DNA of 24,000 nucleotides from Cardinium endosymbiont of Dermatophagoides farinae (GTDB lineage Bacteria; Bacteroidota; Bacteroidia; Cytophagales; Amoebophilaceae): NCBI RefSeq assembly GCF_007559345.1, contig NZ_VMBH01000003.1, positions 30,602 to 54,601 of the forward strand, read 5' to 3'. Shown piece by piece: positions 23,632 to 24,000 of this stretch (position 1 is its first letter; each line of letters starts with the position of its first letter). The notes under the pieces were generated by a model. It saw only the letters and a program-made list of their open reading frames with translations, ran no database searches and was not told where the DNA came from. The position numbers and the translations under genes were made by a program.

Positions 23632-24000
23632 TTACCCACGAATTATTGTACTACTAGCTGCTCTACTGAGCAATTTGTTTTGGGCTTGATCAATGAAAGG
23701 ATGTAAATTTTCTACTAATAGTCCAATCATATAATCTGAATCATACAAACCAATAGCCACTGGAACTACATTTTTACCAAATTCAGCTGTTTCTAATTTA
23801 GATAGAATTCTCTCCTTTCCAAAAGCAACGATGCCGTATAAAAACGCACCTTTGGGGATTTCTTGACCTTTGTAAGCAAAAGCTTCTTTGACACGTATTT
23901 TAATACTTCTACCATGTTTGAGTTCCTGTGTGCCATAGACATAGCCTGCGGCAAATCTGTTTTTTACCTTTAATATTCCTTTTTCTGCCTTTTCTTTCAA
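23632..24000 (-). CDS. traM: C-terminal part of a TraM-like conjugative T4SS protein (start lies beyond the right edge)
   Basis: IKIRVKEAFAYKGQEIPKGAFLYGIVAFGKERILSKLETAEFGKNVVPVAIGLYDSDYMIGLLVEN follows the Bacteroides TraM C-terminal pattern as I recall it (V.LRLLE....G..IP.GT.L.G......ERL.I.I.S......PV.L.VYD.DG..GL.VP). The leading M in the track is a translated TTG at the window edge. Confidence 0.65.
   Translation of the reverse strand: MKEKAEKGILKVKNRFAAGYVYGTQELKHGRSIKIRVKEAFAYKGQEIPKGAFLYGIVAFGKERILSKLETAEFGKNVVPVAIGLYDSDYMIGLLVENLHPFIDQAQNKLLSRAASSTIIRG

Noticed and set aside
1-24000. tRNA, rRNA, tmRNA or riboswitch genes
   Set aside because: No cloverleaf-like, rRNA-like or other conserved structured-RNA signatures were recognised apart from the group II intron domains. 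A covariance-model scan would be needed to be sure.

Overview
AT-rich (roughly one-third G+C by eye, not computed) plasmid- or ICE-like accessory segment. It carries a Bacteroidota-style conjugation and maintenance backbone plus symbiont-type cargo. All calls come from motif recognition and my own translation; no searches were run. Layout, left to right: (1) A 7.8-kb co-directional minus-strand gene string: small ORF, type IV coupling protein (GGPGSGKT), a signal-peptide ankyrin protein with a complete RING-H2 signature, a His-rich small outer-membrane beta-barrel, an 828-aa repeat/coiled-coil lipoprotein, then TraE-like and TraF-like small membrane proteins. (2) A divergent MobV (Pre/Mob) relaxase fused to DUF3991/Toprim, with a hairpin plus direct-repeat oriT candidate in the gap. 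(3) A 1.36-kb ORF-free, repeat-dense region built from TAAGAT half-sites (candidate oriV or centromere). (4) A small winged-helix-like protein and a Toprim + VirE/D5-type primase-helicase. (5) A lipoprotein with a near-perfect 162-bp internal duplication, and an N/Q-rich helical protein. (6) An IS66-type transposase relic. (7) An apparently intact group II intron (RT/maturase, canonical 34-nt domain V). (8) A 175-aa catalytic-domain-only tyrosine recombinase with a lox/FRT-like site at its 5' end. (9) A parA (frameshifted inside Walker A) and RHH pair with twin 28-bp palindromes. (10) An Rpn/YhgA-type nuclease, a second copy of the small protein family, a broken secreted coiled-coil gene, and the 3' end of a TraM-like gene. 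The most interesting signal is a eukaryote-like Ank-RING E3-ligase candidate embedded with an OM barrel and a giant lipoprotein inside the T4SS/coupling-protein operon, its start codon locked in a perfect 43-bp palindrome. Gene content resembles intracellular Bacteroidota symbionts (Amoebophilus/Cardinium-like), but that is inference only.
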